Assembly: GCA_051294905.1 (NCBI GenBank)
Contig: CM119372.1
Coordinates: 372,001 to 436,000, forward strand
Source of the DNA: Botryllus schlosseri
Lineage: Eukaryota
DNA length: 64,000 bases
Reading direction: 5' to 3'
Part shown: in pieces, positions 12,101 to 23,816 of the stretch
Layout: every line of letters starts with the position of its first letter
Position numbering within the stretch: the stretch's first letter is position 1
The notes under the pieces: generated by a model
Seen by the model: only the letters and a program-made list of their open reading frames with translations
Told to the model about the DNA's origin: nothing
Database searches by the model: none
Position numbers and translations under genes: made by a program

Positions 12101-15100
12101 CCGTGAAAGTATGTAACTATGATAAATATATTATCCCTAAATATAGTGCTGTTGCTGTATTTTGATTTAAAAGAGTCTTCTGTGTGTAAAAATAACAAGT
12201 AGATTGGATTTTTAAACTTTATAGTACGACTGAGCTGATTTTATATCTAGTCAGTACCGCGAAAATGGGGGATTTTGGTCAAAATAGCCCCATGAGTTAT
12301 CTCCACAACAAGAGTCAATTTGAAAAAAAACTAAGGTCATATTCGGAATCAGTGGCCTTCAGAACCCCCAAGACCACTCTTACTTTGTCTGCCTAAATCT
12401 ATGTGTTGACCAGTGTTATCGGTATCGGCCATTGGAGGTGAAAAAATATCGGCAATTTTCGTGACGTCACAACTTTAATCCTTGACCACTAGACTTGGAA
12501 TATTGCTGAATATCATACAGCTTACACTTTCAAGGTGTCCTGATGCAGCCTTTCTAGTTTATTTCGTGTTTGAGTCTGACAATGGCAGTGAAGCTGTTGA
12601 AAGATTTGCTCTGAAGTTTCAAGAACACACCTTTTGGGGCAGACTCCACCTTATTTGAATATCGGCTGAATATATCGGTTTTATCGGTATCGGCCAAAAA
12701 ATCCAATATCGGTCGGGCTCTAATCATAACCATTCGAGGAAATAGTGCAAACAAAATCCTCCAATTACTTGACTCGAATCAATAGAATTAATACTCGACT
12801 CATTTGTAATTTAATTTGTAAAATGTTTCTACACTCTTATTTTAATTCCAATTAACATGAAACATGAGAACTGGATCGTATGAAACGAGCCGCTCCTGTT
12901 GTAGAGATTATTGCCATTGTCGCGCTCATGAGAATCTACTCTGGATTGTTATGAACTGAGCCTGATTTTAGTCATTCGAATTTTAATCGATTCCAAGCAA
13001 ACTGAAAAAAAAATCTAGTTCCCATCTAATTTTGAAAAGCTGTACATTCTCTAGTACCAGCCCTGAAAGCGACCCACCCTAGAGCGGCTCCCGCTTCCTT
13101 GGATCGGTAGAAGTCGCATTTGTAAAGGTCTCCCGTGTGTTGGGCTTTTTCGCACATCGCTTTGTAGAATTGGAACTGCACAACGAAGCTCACAAAATAT
13201 CTGAAATGGAATATGGAGATGTTGACTGCATGAAACTCTTCGAGGTACCAACTTCAGTAAACGATAGAATCATACGTTGATATTGAAATGAACCCGAATA
13301 TTTTCGGCTGACACTCGTCAGGGGCAATCGTCGGCAACTAGTAGAGAATTGGAAAGAACTTTTTACATCAACAATCGTCACACAAAATATTCTTGATATA
13401 CAATGCATGTGGACGCACAAAGTTTATTCAATATGAATATTAGGAATGTTCAAAAATAATTTTTGTAAATAAATTTTGCTGGGTACTTTTTAAAATTGTT
13501 AGTTTGCATAAAAAAAAAACGGTTCACACCAATCTTGGTTCAATTCCAACCTATAGAATCATTGCTATAAGAGAAAACGTTATGGATTTATCAAATAAAA
13601 ATGAATATGAAAATTCTAAAAACTTTACTGGCTACCCTGTGGAATTGTTAGGTTGAATAAATAAACTGCATAATTAAAAAAAATAGTATTTACGGTGGGT
13701 AGGTCTATAATAAATACATCAAAGAATTTGTCCCGTAAATACTATTTTTTTTTCAAATCCAAAATTTGCTGCTGCAACAAAAACTTAGCCGCTGGTGTTT
13801 GAAATTGAGCCACAATTGGCAGCCAGTAAAATTAGACAAAAAAATTACTTTTGAACAGCCCGAATGAATGTATTAGTCAATTGTGCAATAAAATGGCATA
13901 ATAGCGTAATAGCTACGAACCGAACGTAGGGTGTGTTTCCGGGGATGTGATATTTCGCGCCAGGGTCGAAATCCTTCTCTTGGTCCCGAATAACGGGGGG
14001 AATGATACCTTGATATTGCAGCCTGTTAAAATAGATGCGGTTGAAGGTAGGTTGGAAAATTTCAATTTGATGGATATTCCCCACTGACGCAAGATGGCTA
14101 ATGACACGACACAAAAATGTAATTTTCAAATATATATATATATATATATATCGGCTTTCAATTAAATAAAAGGGCAAAAGAAAACAGGAAACAAAGGAAC
14201 ATCAAGATATCAGTTTTGGGCCCTTATCAAGCGCCTCCAGCGTGGGCGGTCGTGGGCGTCTTCGAGCGATAGCAAATATATATTCAGTTGCCATGGTGAT
14301 ACAGGGATTACTTCACAAGTCAAACTACTTCATAATTTAGAAAATCCAAAGGAAATTTGTATAAATAGCTTTGAAGTAGGAGTGTAGTATTTGCGTTACT
14401 GACTCATCTCCTATTACATACTCTTTACTTTTCAAAATCAAAATTGTAAAAAGTAATCTGTTTTTTTTAAGAAACTGTTCAAGTCGAAGTGGAAGTAGTC
14501 TAAAACCAAACCACTTGAGCATGTAGGCAAGGCCTAGTCAAGTACTTTTAAAAAGTACAAGTAGTTTAATACCGACGGCCTCTGGGTAGGTGGTAAAATG
14601 CAACACACCAAGTACCAATCTAGTTCGTTGACGGTCAATTAACACTAGTTTTTTTTAGTAGGTCTAATTATAGTTATAGTTGGGTTTTTGAAAAGTGAGT
14701 AGTTTTTGTTCTAGTTGTAGGGCGAGTAGTTGCAGATTTTAAAATTGAGAAGTTCTTGTTGGATTCAATGCGGATTGTGAACAGTGACTAGGGGCCGAGA
14801 CCAATTTCTCTGCTGAATAGCCATTCTCTACTCAGCAGCGAATTTTTTACTCAACTTACGCCAAAAAGTATACTCACACTCAAATGCGTTCGAATCGGCA
14901 CTCAAATCTAAGTCAGCGGACCACCAGACTTGAGTGTCAATTTTTGCGGTCGAGCAGCCAACTGTAGGCATTTTAGGCAACAGTCGCTGCGGGGTTCCCC
15001 AAATACCGGAGTACCGGACACCGGTACGGTATAGTATTCGTTAATGAAATACTCTATTGCTTCTGCTGAACGGATGAAATAAGTGGTGCCTGCTGTACCA

Positions 15101-18100
15101 TTTCGGCTTCTTGTACGGTATCTCGATTTACCGGAATGGTAACTTCTGCTGTAGGAATTCGTTGGCGTCAAGTTCCGTTGAGTGAATGAGTGAGCTGGCG
15201 CTTGGGTGGATTTTGTTCCATAAAATTATATTATACATACCGTAAGTCATGTAAACTGCCATTTGAAATTTATAGATACAGAAATGGCGACAAAGGATGA
15301 TCGTCAAGCAAAACCGACAAGTTCTGGGCTGCTGCTAGCAATTGAATTTAACGCTGCCGGCACTTTACGAATGGTCCTCTCACAATTAAGAAGATGCAGC
15401 ATTTTGAACCTGAACTGATAGAGTTCTTGGTGATATCCGTGTTGGGATGGAGTCACTATACACCTTCAGGCCTTTCAATATTCAGACGAGACTTCCCGTC
15501 AACAGACCATCAATAAGCTTTTGGAAACAAGAAATAATGAATATATCAGGGAGAAAATGTAGGGTGGATATGGCAAAGTTTAATGGTAGGGAGCTAAGTG
15601 ATTCGTGGATGGACGAGCTACGATTGGAAAGAAATCCTGAAGAAATGTCAACTTTCAATTTATTTACACGATATCGACGCATTCTTTTGTTCTGAGAGGC
15701 CTGCACTTACGTTATTGTGGCCTGTTGTGAAACTTTATCTTTCTAAATTTTGAATGGGTTTGTCGCGTCTTGCGAATATACTTCTGTGGGGCAATGGAAC
15801 GTTGTGGGTATCTTCAAGGATTTCTAATATTTCTAATGGGCCATCTTCAAAGGGTATGGATAAGGAAAATCAGTGAGATCGATGTATACGTAAGTAAGTT
15901 TTGTGACGAAATAACGAGGAAAGCGTCTCGTTGTCATGACAAAATCGTTCACGTCTGTCTGGTTCAAGGTTAAAAAAATCTGGCAACACAACTTCGGAAA
16001 ATGACGCCTGAAAATCGATCTCAACTGAGTTGAGAGAATTGGCACGCACTCAACGTTGAGTATTGATCGATACTTAGTTGAGTGGAGATACGTATTTAAG
16101 CATTACTTAGTTGAGGAGAAGAATTGGGCTCCACCCTAGTTCTAGTCGAGAGTTTTGAAAAGTTAATAGCTGCAGTGGCTAGTTTTGAAAATTGAGTAGT
16201 TCTAGTTTTAGTTGTACTTGCACTCAAAAATCCAGCAGTACAATTGTGCACAACACGCACCTGAGATTGTCCCACTCGCTCTGGTAATCACTTTTTTCCG
16301 TCCGGCCATCAAAAACGGACCACCGCCATTTGTCGATCATATAGCCGAACGGCAGGAATGCGATCTTTTCCAAGGCCTGACTCATCAGGTAGTTGATATC
16401 TGCTTCGTAGTTTTCCTCCACATTGTCCAGGAGACCAATTTCAGCCAGATGTTTTGGGGTGCTCACAGACAGAGACAGGGTGTCACCCACCTGGGAAAAA
16501 GATGTGGTCAGTTACCAAGTCGAATTCCTACCAGAGAATATTTCGGATTTATAAAAAAAAAATTGTTCATAATTTCTCTGGTAACATCATGAAATTGTAC
16601 GGTTGCCTAAAAACGACGGATAATAAATTTGGCTCAATTCCAACACGTAGATGTAAAGCTACGGAGTAGAAAATTTTTAATCTGAAAAAAATTGTATTCA
16701 CGGTGTGAATACTTGAGTACATTTTTGTGTCGTTACTTTTGATTCTACTTGAGTAGCTTTCTTGATCATTGACGATCTACTTGTACTTTTTCCGAGTAGG
16801 AAAATTAAGTTTTGCCCACTTGCATTACTTGCTCAACTTGTCATTTTTTAAAACTACTTTCATTTCTATTTAATAAACTCAACTACTTAATTACACACCA
16901 TCAATTTTGTAATTCTCGTGTTCATGCGAATGAAGAATGATTTGCTATGAACATAATTTGTTTTTTGCTGTATTTCTTTCTGATAAGGAATTGAATTCAA
17001 TTTCCAAGCTTTTGCGAATTCAGTCACTTTAATTGGAATTGAATCCGAGAAAAACGGTGTAGCTATTATTCTAATTGTAATCTAATACGGGATAAAAACT
17101 GTGTAGCCATTATTCTAATTCTAATTTGAAAAAAGCTGTGCAGCTACCATTCTAATTGCAATCTAATTTTGAAAATCCTAGTTTGTCTCTGTTGGTCAAC
17201 TGAGCTCACCGCTTCATGGAATCCTGGGTTGGCGCCTCCCCGGTAGGGTACAGACTGATTTGCATATTGCTGGAAATACTGAATGTGCCCCATCTCGTGA
17301 TGGACCGTGATCAGATCTTCCATGTTGACGGTTGTGCATTGCTTGATTCTGAAAATAGTACGCCATTCAGACTCATAAAAACTACTATTGATTTTTTGAG
17401 CACTTCTGGTTCTAGTTGCAAATTTTGTACAGTTAGTAGTTCTAGTTCTAGTTGTGAGGTAGGCTATGAAAAGTGAGCATTTCTAGTTCTACTCGTAGTT
17501 CTAGTTCTAGTTGAGCATTCAGAAAAGTGAGTACCGTTAGTTCTTGCTAGTGGCACATATTGAACAGTGAGTAGTTCTGCTTCTGGTTTTTGTTCTAGTT
17601 GCGAATTTTGAAAAGTTAGCAGTTCTAGTTCCAGTTGCAATTCCGAAAATACTGTAGGTAGTTCTAGTTTTGAGTTTTGAAAAGTTAGTAGTTGTAGTTG
17701 AGCATTTTGAAAATCAATTAGTTAAGCTCTAGTTGTGAGTTCAAAAAAGCAAGTGGCTCTCAGTCTAGTCTCTATCACCTGAAATCGTCTTTTGTCGTCG
17801 CATAGAAATCCCAAGCAGAAGCGTGACAAACCACTTCACGGTCCGCCGGCTTTTCGATCATCGACAATTCCCAGAATTTGTCCGTCATTTCCAGAAGTCC
17901 GATCGAAGTGAAGAATTCCTCCGAAACTTGAAACATTTTCATCGCGTCGTAATTCTGAATAACACAAAACAAAATCATTCACAAGTTTTGTCGGCCAGAA
18001 AGATAAGTCTGACTTTACGTTTTACGTCTACAGTAGGGCTGGGCAAAATCGGGTACCTGACTGATCCAATTTGAGTATCCCTCAGTGGGAAGTCATGGGA

Positions 18101-21100
18101 GTACGAAGAACGTGGAAAATTCAAATCTGTACCTTTGGGTGGCTTAAAATTGACTTTTTTCCGGAATATGGGGATCCACTGATTAAATTGTCGCCTAATT
18201 TAAGCCTACACACCAAATTTGGCTTAATCCAGCCAGTAGCCGCATTGCTACAGGAGAAGAAAGTTTCGATTAATTATGTAAAAATAAATAACAAAAAAAA
18301 ATGAAAATTTTCTGTCCACTCCATGAAAGCGTTAGGTTGTCTACAGAAACACTGCTCACCAGATTTGGTTCAATTCCAACCAGTGGAAACGGAGTTATTG
18401 CCGTCGAAAAATTTGGATTTGAATAAAACAGTATTTACGGTGAGCACCACTGCAATAAATAATTAAAGAATCGGTCACCGTAAATACTATTTTATTCATA
18501 ATCCAAATTTTTTGACGGCAATAACTCCGCTTCCACTCGTTGGAATTGAATCAAATTTGGTGAGCATTGTTTCTGTAGACAACCTAACACTTTCATGGAG
18601 TGAACAGAAAATTTCTAAATTTTTTGTTATTTATTTTCATATAATAAATGGAAACTTTCTTCTCCTGTAGCAATGCGGCTACTGGCTGGAATTAAGCCAA
18701 ATTTGATGTGTAGGCTTAAATTAGGTAACCTAACAATTTTATCAAGTAGCCAGTACGATTTGAGAAAAAATGACATTTTTGAATACCCCTACTGTCCAGG
18801 CTATTTTTGCAAATCCAGATTTTTCAACTGAAATAACTTTTAGACAACGTAACAATTTCATGGATTTGATAGTAAAATATAGTAAAAATTTTCCAACTGC
18901 TACGCATTCACATCTACCAGTTGGAATTGTGCAGCAATTTTTAGGAAATCTAACAATGTAATCAGTGAATCCGCGCAATGCGAAAAAAGAAGTTGATTTT
19001 GAGTAACCCTAATGTTATGCGACCACAAAGAATATAATGCCAGTTCTACATCATATTACCTGGTTTATCATATTGGGAGTGGCGTCCACGCTAGATTTTC
19101 CGCTAAATGGTTCTACCAAATCGTATATGTTACCCCATGTTTGAGCCCACATGTTCCCTGAAATACACAGATGAACGAATTTAATTGAATTTGTTTCGCA
19201 AAATAATAGTTTTCCAGATACAAGCTCACCAAGCAAATGTGCCGGAATGGGTCCGTTGAGATTGATATATTCCGCTCCATAATTGTCGTACAGCCTCCTT
19301 CGCACGTACGCGTGGAGTTCCAGATACATCGGTCTTAGCTGCAATGATATTCCGAGATGTTAACAAAAGTAGGAATTCTTCAAAAACTAGATAATTTTAG
19401 TGTCGAATTGGACTCGTTACAGCGAAATGCTTGTATTTAATCAAATTTGTGAAATGTTTCTATTCTCTCCCTCTAATTTTAATCTAGCTTGCTGAACAGA
19501 CATTTGAGATTCTCATGCTTATGATAATGATATGAACCGAAGTTGATTTTTGTTTCAAATCTTCCTAATGCGGAATTTGATTCCATTATCAAGTTCTTGC
19601 GAATTCTAATTGAAATCTGATTCGGAAATTTTCCAGTTGTCAAGCTCTTATTTGGAGATGTCAACAACGCTAAAAATTTTTTCACATTTGCCATACCTCT
19701 TGCCACAGTTCTTCCAGGACCGCCTCAAAATCGTCGGTTTCGTACCAAGACCTCCAATACTCCCCTGTGTCCGCATAGCCTGCAATTTAACACATACATA
19801 AACATGAGTTACACATCGTGTATTTATTCTCATGATTCGAGTCGTGATTGAGACATGATTTTATTCAAGTGCCGAAATGATAAGTTCCTTGCCACTAACA
19901 AGAATCAACAAGAATTATAGTTTCAACAGTATTTTCCACTGCTTACCATCGCCTTGATAAGCTTCATTAGATAAGGCCACAAAATTTTCGTAATCATCTT
20001 TAATCTGCTGGCCCACTCCTTCAAACCAACCCATCCAGACGTTCTTCAGCTCACTGTAATCCCGTGAGCTTCTCATGAGTTCCGTTAGATCTGAATAAAT
20101 TCGACCCGGGTTGTTTATTTTGTATCTACAATTGAATAGTATATTTGTATCGAAATGAACCGGAATATTTTCGGGTGACACTCGTCAGGGGCAACTAGTA
20201 AACAACTGGAAAGAACTTTTTGTCTATCAACAATCGTACCATCAAATATGTGTAACGTGCACCACCAAATACAATCGTGTCACCGCCATGATAATTCGAT
20301 TAACCATAGAGGCGGATAGACCCTTTACGTTATCTCTAGGTGATTTTTTTTACCTAAAAATGGAAGATTTCGACCTAAAAAATCAAAATTTTGACCAAAT
20401 TTTGACATCATGTATGCAAATTAGGTGTTTTTGCACATAATGTTAAAATTGTATAACCTCTTTTCATTTCTGGTTGGAACTGTCTGTCCCTACGAAGTAG
20501 ATTGGCCTGAAAAATCGTTTTGGGCTTGAGAACTGAGAGAGAGTCAAATTTCTGTACAACAAGCTCGGCTTGTTTCACACAATACGCTCCTCCTGTCGCA
20601 TTTCACGAAAATTATGAATGAGATTAGAATTAAGATGAGAACAGAGAAACATTCAACAAATTAGATTAGAATTAGAGCAAAGAAAGATTCCACAACTTAG
20701 ATTCCCGGCATTTTGTTCTAATTATACTAGTACATCTAGTTGTCAAAGTCTGCTCCAAAGACTACCACATATTCAGTTCATGTAATGTTGAGCTTGTGTT
20801 TGCTCTGATAATGTCTTGCTGGTTTGGAGGTGAAGGAAAGAATGAAAAGTTAAGATAAAGAAGTATCTTATTGCTATACTAGTAACTGTTATTAAATTTT
20901 ATTGTATTTCTCTTATTATATTGGAGTAGACTTGGAGAGGATAAGGTTTTCAAATTTTTTCAAGAAAGAAATGCGGAATTATAGACAGGATTGTAATGAC
21001 TCGAGTCACAATCGAGTCGGAATTTTTCGTTGACTTGACTCGATTCATTTTCTTAAAAGTGGAGAATGACTCGACTCGAGTCCATTTGTGTATTGACTCG

Positions 21101-23816
21101 ATTGGTACTTGAGTCATTCCGTAATGACTCGTCCAAGTCATGGGACTCGAGAGACTCTATAGGACTTATTCAAGTCTGGTGTATCAGGACTGATACTTGA
21201 GAAATAGGCCCGGAAACTGTGTTATATTTGTTTTAATCAACATGTTTATAGTGAGAAAAAAAAGAATCCGAGGCCTTCGATATCAGCCAAGAGTTTTACA
21301 AAAATGAGTTGAACATGACTTCAAATCGATATTGAACAGTAAACAGTATGTCTTGGACTCGAGTTTTAACACCATGACTCGGACCGTTGCTTCCTGACTT
21401 GGACTTGGTGGTGAACCGAAAATGACTCAGCTTGACTTGAGTCAAAAGTATGCAAGTCAAATTGACTTGTAACTCGGAACCTTGTAACTGGTTACAACCC
21501 TGATTATATAGATGCCACAGACAACAGTCCTCCCGTGATAGGAATCTCAGCTCACCCGGTTCCAAAGCCAGAGACTGTCCGTCGATGTCGACGCGTGTCG
21601 TGCTGTACACACTGTCCATCCTCGTCGTGATTTCATTGTACTGGAACAAGATGTACGGGACAATTGACCAGACGAGTACAAATTAGATATCTAGTTGGTT
21701 GACCGTCAACTAACTACTGGATTTTTGTTGCGGATTTTCAAAGCTTGTTAGTTCTAGCTCTAGATCTAGTTACAACCTTTGAAAAGTGGGTATATAGTTT
21801 CGAGTTTTGCAAAGTGAGTAGTTCTAGTTGAGCATTTTAAAAATCCAGTAGTTGTAGTTCTAGTTGCGTATGAAAATCCCGTATTTTGTACGAGTCTGAT
21901 GTCATAAAACTACCAGTATCGCACCTGATCTTGCTTGGAGTCTTCAAGGTTTGCTGTCCCCAACACTTGGATGGACTGGATTTGCCGCAAGTAATATGCT
22001 GAATGATAGTTTCTATTATCACTAAGAAATAAATCGCAATAGAAAAACCTACGAGTGAGTTGATCCATGACTCCTCCGAACTGATTCTTAGCATCTCCTC
22101 CCCATTTCAAGGTGAAAGCCGCGTCCAATTTGGCCTGCTCTTGCTGAAAGCAACAATTGCCAAACTTGACTGGCATTACACTACTTGCATGCAAAGTTTA
22201 AAGTTGAAGACAAAATATCATCCCCTACTTAGCTCTAAGGCCTGACTGATTTGGGCCAGAAAATTAGGATTCCATCGACTAGTCTAAGAGGACGGCGTGA
22301 TGATGTTTAAGAGATGCAGGTCAATCCTTAATTGTGGAAACGGTAGATGCTTGAGCTTTGCGACAGATATCATTCAAAGTGATTGGGCATAATAATTCGA
22401 GTACTCAAATTTGGATTGAGAAACAATTCTAACGATTCTAGTCGAGTAGGCAGAGAGGAATTTTTTGATAACTGAAATATCAGGCTCCTTGCCACAAAGA
22501 GTTAGTTTATCAACCAAAACTCTGCTTTTGGTCGTATTTTCCACTGCCTTGAAACCTATAGTGTCATGGGCTCGTGTGGCGTAAAACGGCCGTCGTTAAG
22601 CAAGGGAAGGGAGATTACGGATATAACAGGGGAAAGTGCGAAACCCTGCGGTGGTCGTGTGTTTGTGGAAACGCAAAATCAACTCAACATACGACTTTGA
22701 GTCCATTCTCCGACGTCAAGTTCGTGTTGTAGTTCCACGAGACTGTGACCGAGTCGTAGTATTGCAGTTCTGCGGCCGCGTTGTATTCGTTGATAAATGT
22801 CTCGGCGAGCTCGTCCGTTGTCTGAGCGGTGACAAGTCGCCTGAAAAAGATTTGTTGATTTTTTCTCTCTGCCAATTGTAACCAAGGTGCGACAATCTGG
22901 TTCTTTGCCCTAAAGCTGCTGTTGCACGGAACGCCAAAAGGTCTGGGCGTAAACGCGTCGTTTGGAAAAGGCTTTTCGGCTTTTACTCTAAACTGCTGCG
23001 CTTAACAGAACGGGGGCAGAAGCGGCCCAGAAATTTGCACTGCTACCGAGCACTGTGACGCGACAGGACTGTCTGGTCCTTTCTTCTCAGCTCCGCCTGC
23101 TGCGTCACAATGCCCGTGTGCCGAACACGGTCCGTCCATTGGCCAATAAATCGCAATTAGATTACCGAAAGTAATGTACATGCGCGATGGATTTTTGTGA
23201 CTCGACTTTGCTCGAGTCATTTTTCAAGTGCGTAATTTGTGTATTAACCCAAACCAAGTCATGTGACTCGAGACCAGGACGGCCAATCCAAACATTTCAT
23301 TCTAACTTTAAAGAATATCGTTGACGTTTCGTGTATCAGCCCTGACACTTGGAGCACATAGAGCCAGTATCTGTTAAGACTGAGGAATATTATGAGATTG
23401 TGAATGTGACTCAATCTCAATCGAGCATAGTTGAAAGAAGGGAAACTGATTGATCTCAAAAAAACTGATTGATCTCAAAACTCAACAGTAAATACAATGA
23501 CTTGGACTTGAACGGAAGTCACAACACCATGACTCGGACTCATCTAGTGTTACTCATTGACATGGACTCGGACTTGACCCGGTGTTGGGTTGAAAATGAC
23601 TTGACTCAGAACTATAAAAGTGAGATTGACTTATGATACGGAACCTTGTGACTTGGTTAAACCCTGCAGAGTTTACTCGATTGCCCTGAAAAACTAGTAC
23701 CAGCTAAAATCTTTCCTATTTTAGAAGGCTCTATCAGCCTATATCTGTTGAAAGACCGACAATAATCCATACCCCATCGTTGCGACCAGGGCGACGAGAA
23801 TTGAGATTCTTCGCAT
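121..23816 (-). CDS. ACE: Two-domain (somatic-type) angiotensin-converting enzyme-like peptidyl-dipeptidase, peptidase M2; 3' end lies beyond the left edge
   Basis: Exons (minus): 23773-23816, 22693-22840, 22053-22143, 21925-21998, 21556-21640, 19947-20090, 19697-19779, 19230-19338, 19060-19157, 17779-17954, 17210-17348, 16261-16490, 13921-14022, 13078-13200, 10237-10418 (signal peptide plus domain 1); 9404-9540, 8594-8752, 7848-7941, 6201-6353, 3246-3369, 2791-2950, 1701-1870, 991-1129, 121-309 (domain 2). All junctions are GT-AG with matching phase, giving 1051 codons. Signal peptide [20 protein letters not shown]. Both domains carry GPIPAHL(L/F)[23 protein letters not shown] or [18 protein letters not shown] and [18 protein letters not shown] and YVRYF are seen in domain 1. 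Confidence 0.95.
991..1129 (-). CDS. ACE: ACE domain-2 catalytic exon (HELGH zinc motif and GFHEA)
   Basis: Translates to [46 protein letters not shown], bounded by TAG and GTAGG. Confidence 0.95.
1916..2414. mobile_element. Fold-back MITE (family E, hAT-like), near-perfect ~500-bp palindrome
   Basis: The two halves are reverse complements. 8-bp TSD TTGTAAAA/TTGTACAA. Other copies at about 6494-6750, 13440-13862, 18185-18792, 26920-27202, 45405-45740. Confidence 0.85.
2935..3245. repeat. Degenerate ~45-bp tandem repeat filling ACE intron 20
   Basis: About six to seven units of TAAAATTGATCTACAATTTTCTGCAACGAAATTTCATCTTTTTTACGA. Confidence 0.75.
5183..6186. mobile_element. hAT-like MITE family A (GACTCGAGTC arrays) with a nested family K fragment
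   Basis: TIR CAGGGTTGT...ACAAGCCTG; nested TTGCAACTT-rich piece at about 5565-6030. Confidence 0.8.
6895..7702 (-). mobile_element. Internally deleted hAT transposon with a transposase C-terminal remnant (family J)
   Basis: TIR TTGGGCGATTTTT...AAAAATCGCCCTA with a perfect 8-bp TSD CTTATAAA. Minus strand about 7250-7340 reads [26 protein letters not shown] (hAT dimerisation motif). Confidence 0.85.
7983..8190. repeat. Interspersed repeat family F (GAAATGAACCCGAATATTTTCGGCTGACA core), representative copy
   Basis: Similar copies at about 13240-13400, 20125-20260, 28080-28260, 46950-47030, 50300-50450, 50960-51130, 55420-55477, 61245-61370. Confidence 0.75.
10974..12415 (+). mobile_element. Decayed DNA transposon, probably Chapaev3-like
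   Basis: Termini CACTGGTCTACA...TGTTGACCAGTG with long imperfect TIRs and TAA/TTA flanks. Plus strand about 11720-11895 reads [41 protein letters not shown]...MADHCWNL. Confidence 0.7.
14130..14151. repeat. (TA)n microsatellite
   Basis: About 11 TA units. Confidence 0.9.
14792..16136 (+). mobile_element. Non-autonomous TIR element, possibly PIF/Harbinger-like, inserted in a family C MITE
   Basis: Imperfect TIR GGGCCGAGACCAATTTCTC / GAGAAGAATTGGGCTCCACCC with an apparent 3-bp TSD TAG; subterminal ACTCAA/TTGAGT motifs. Confidence 0.55.
17210..17348 (-). CDS. ACE: ACE domain-1 catalytic exon (HEMGH zinc motif and GFHEA)
   Basis: Translates to [46 protein letters not shown], bounded by CAG and GTGAG. 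Confidence 0.95.
18185..18792. mobile_element. Fold-back MITE (family E variant), long palindrome
   Basis: About 18195-18440 is the reverse complement of about 18475-18725; a partial copy sits at 26920-27202. Confidence 0.8.
20986..21502. mobile_element. hAT-like MITE family A
   Basis: TIR CAGGATTGTAA...TTACAACCCTG; TSD ATTATAGA/ATTATATA. Confidence 0.85.
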
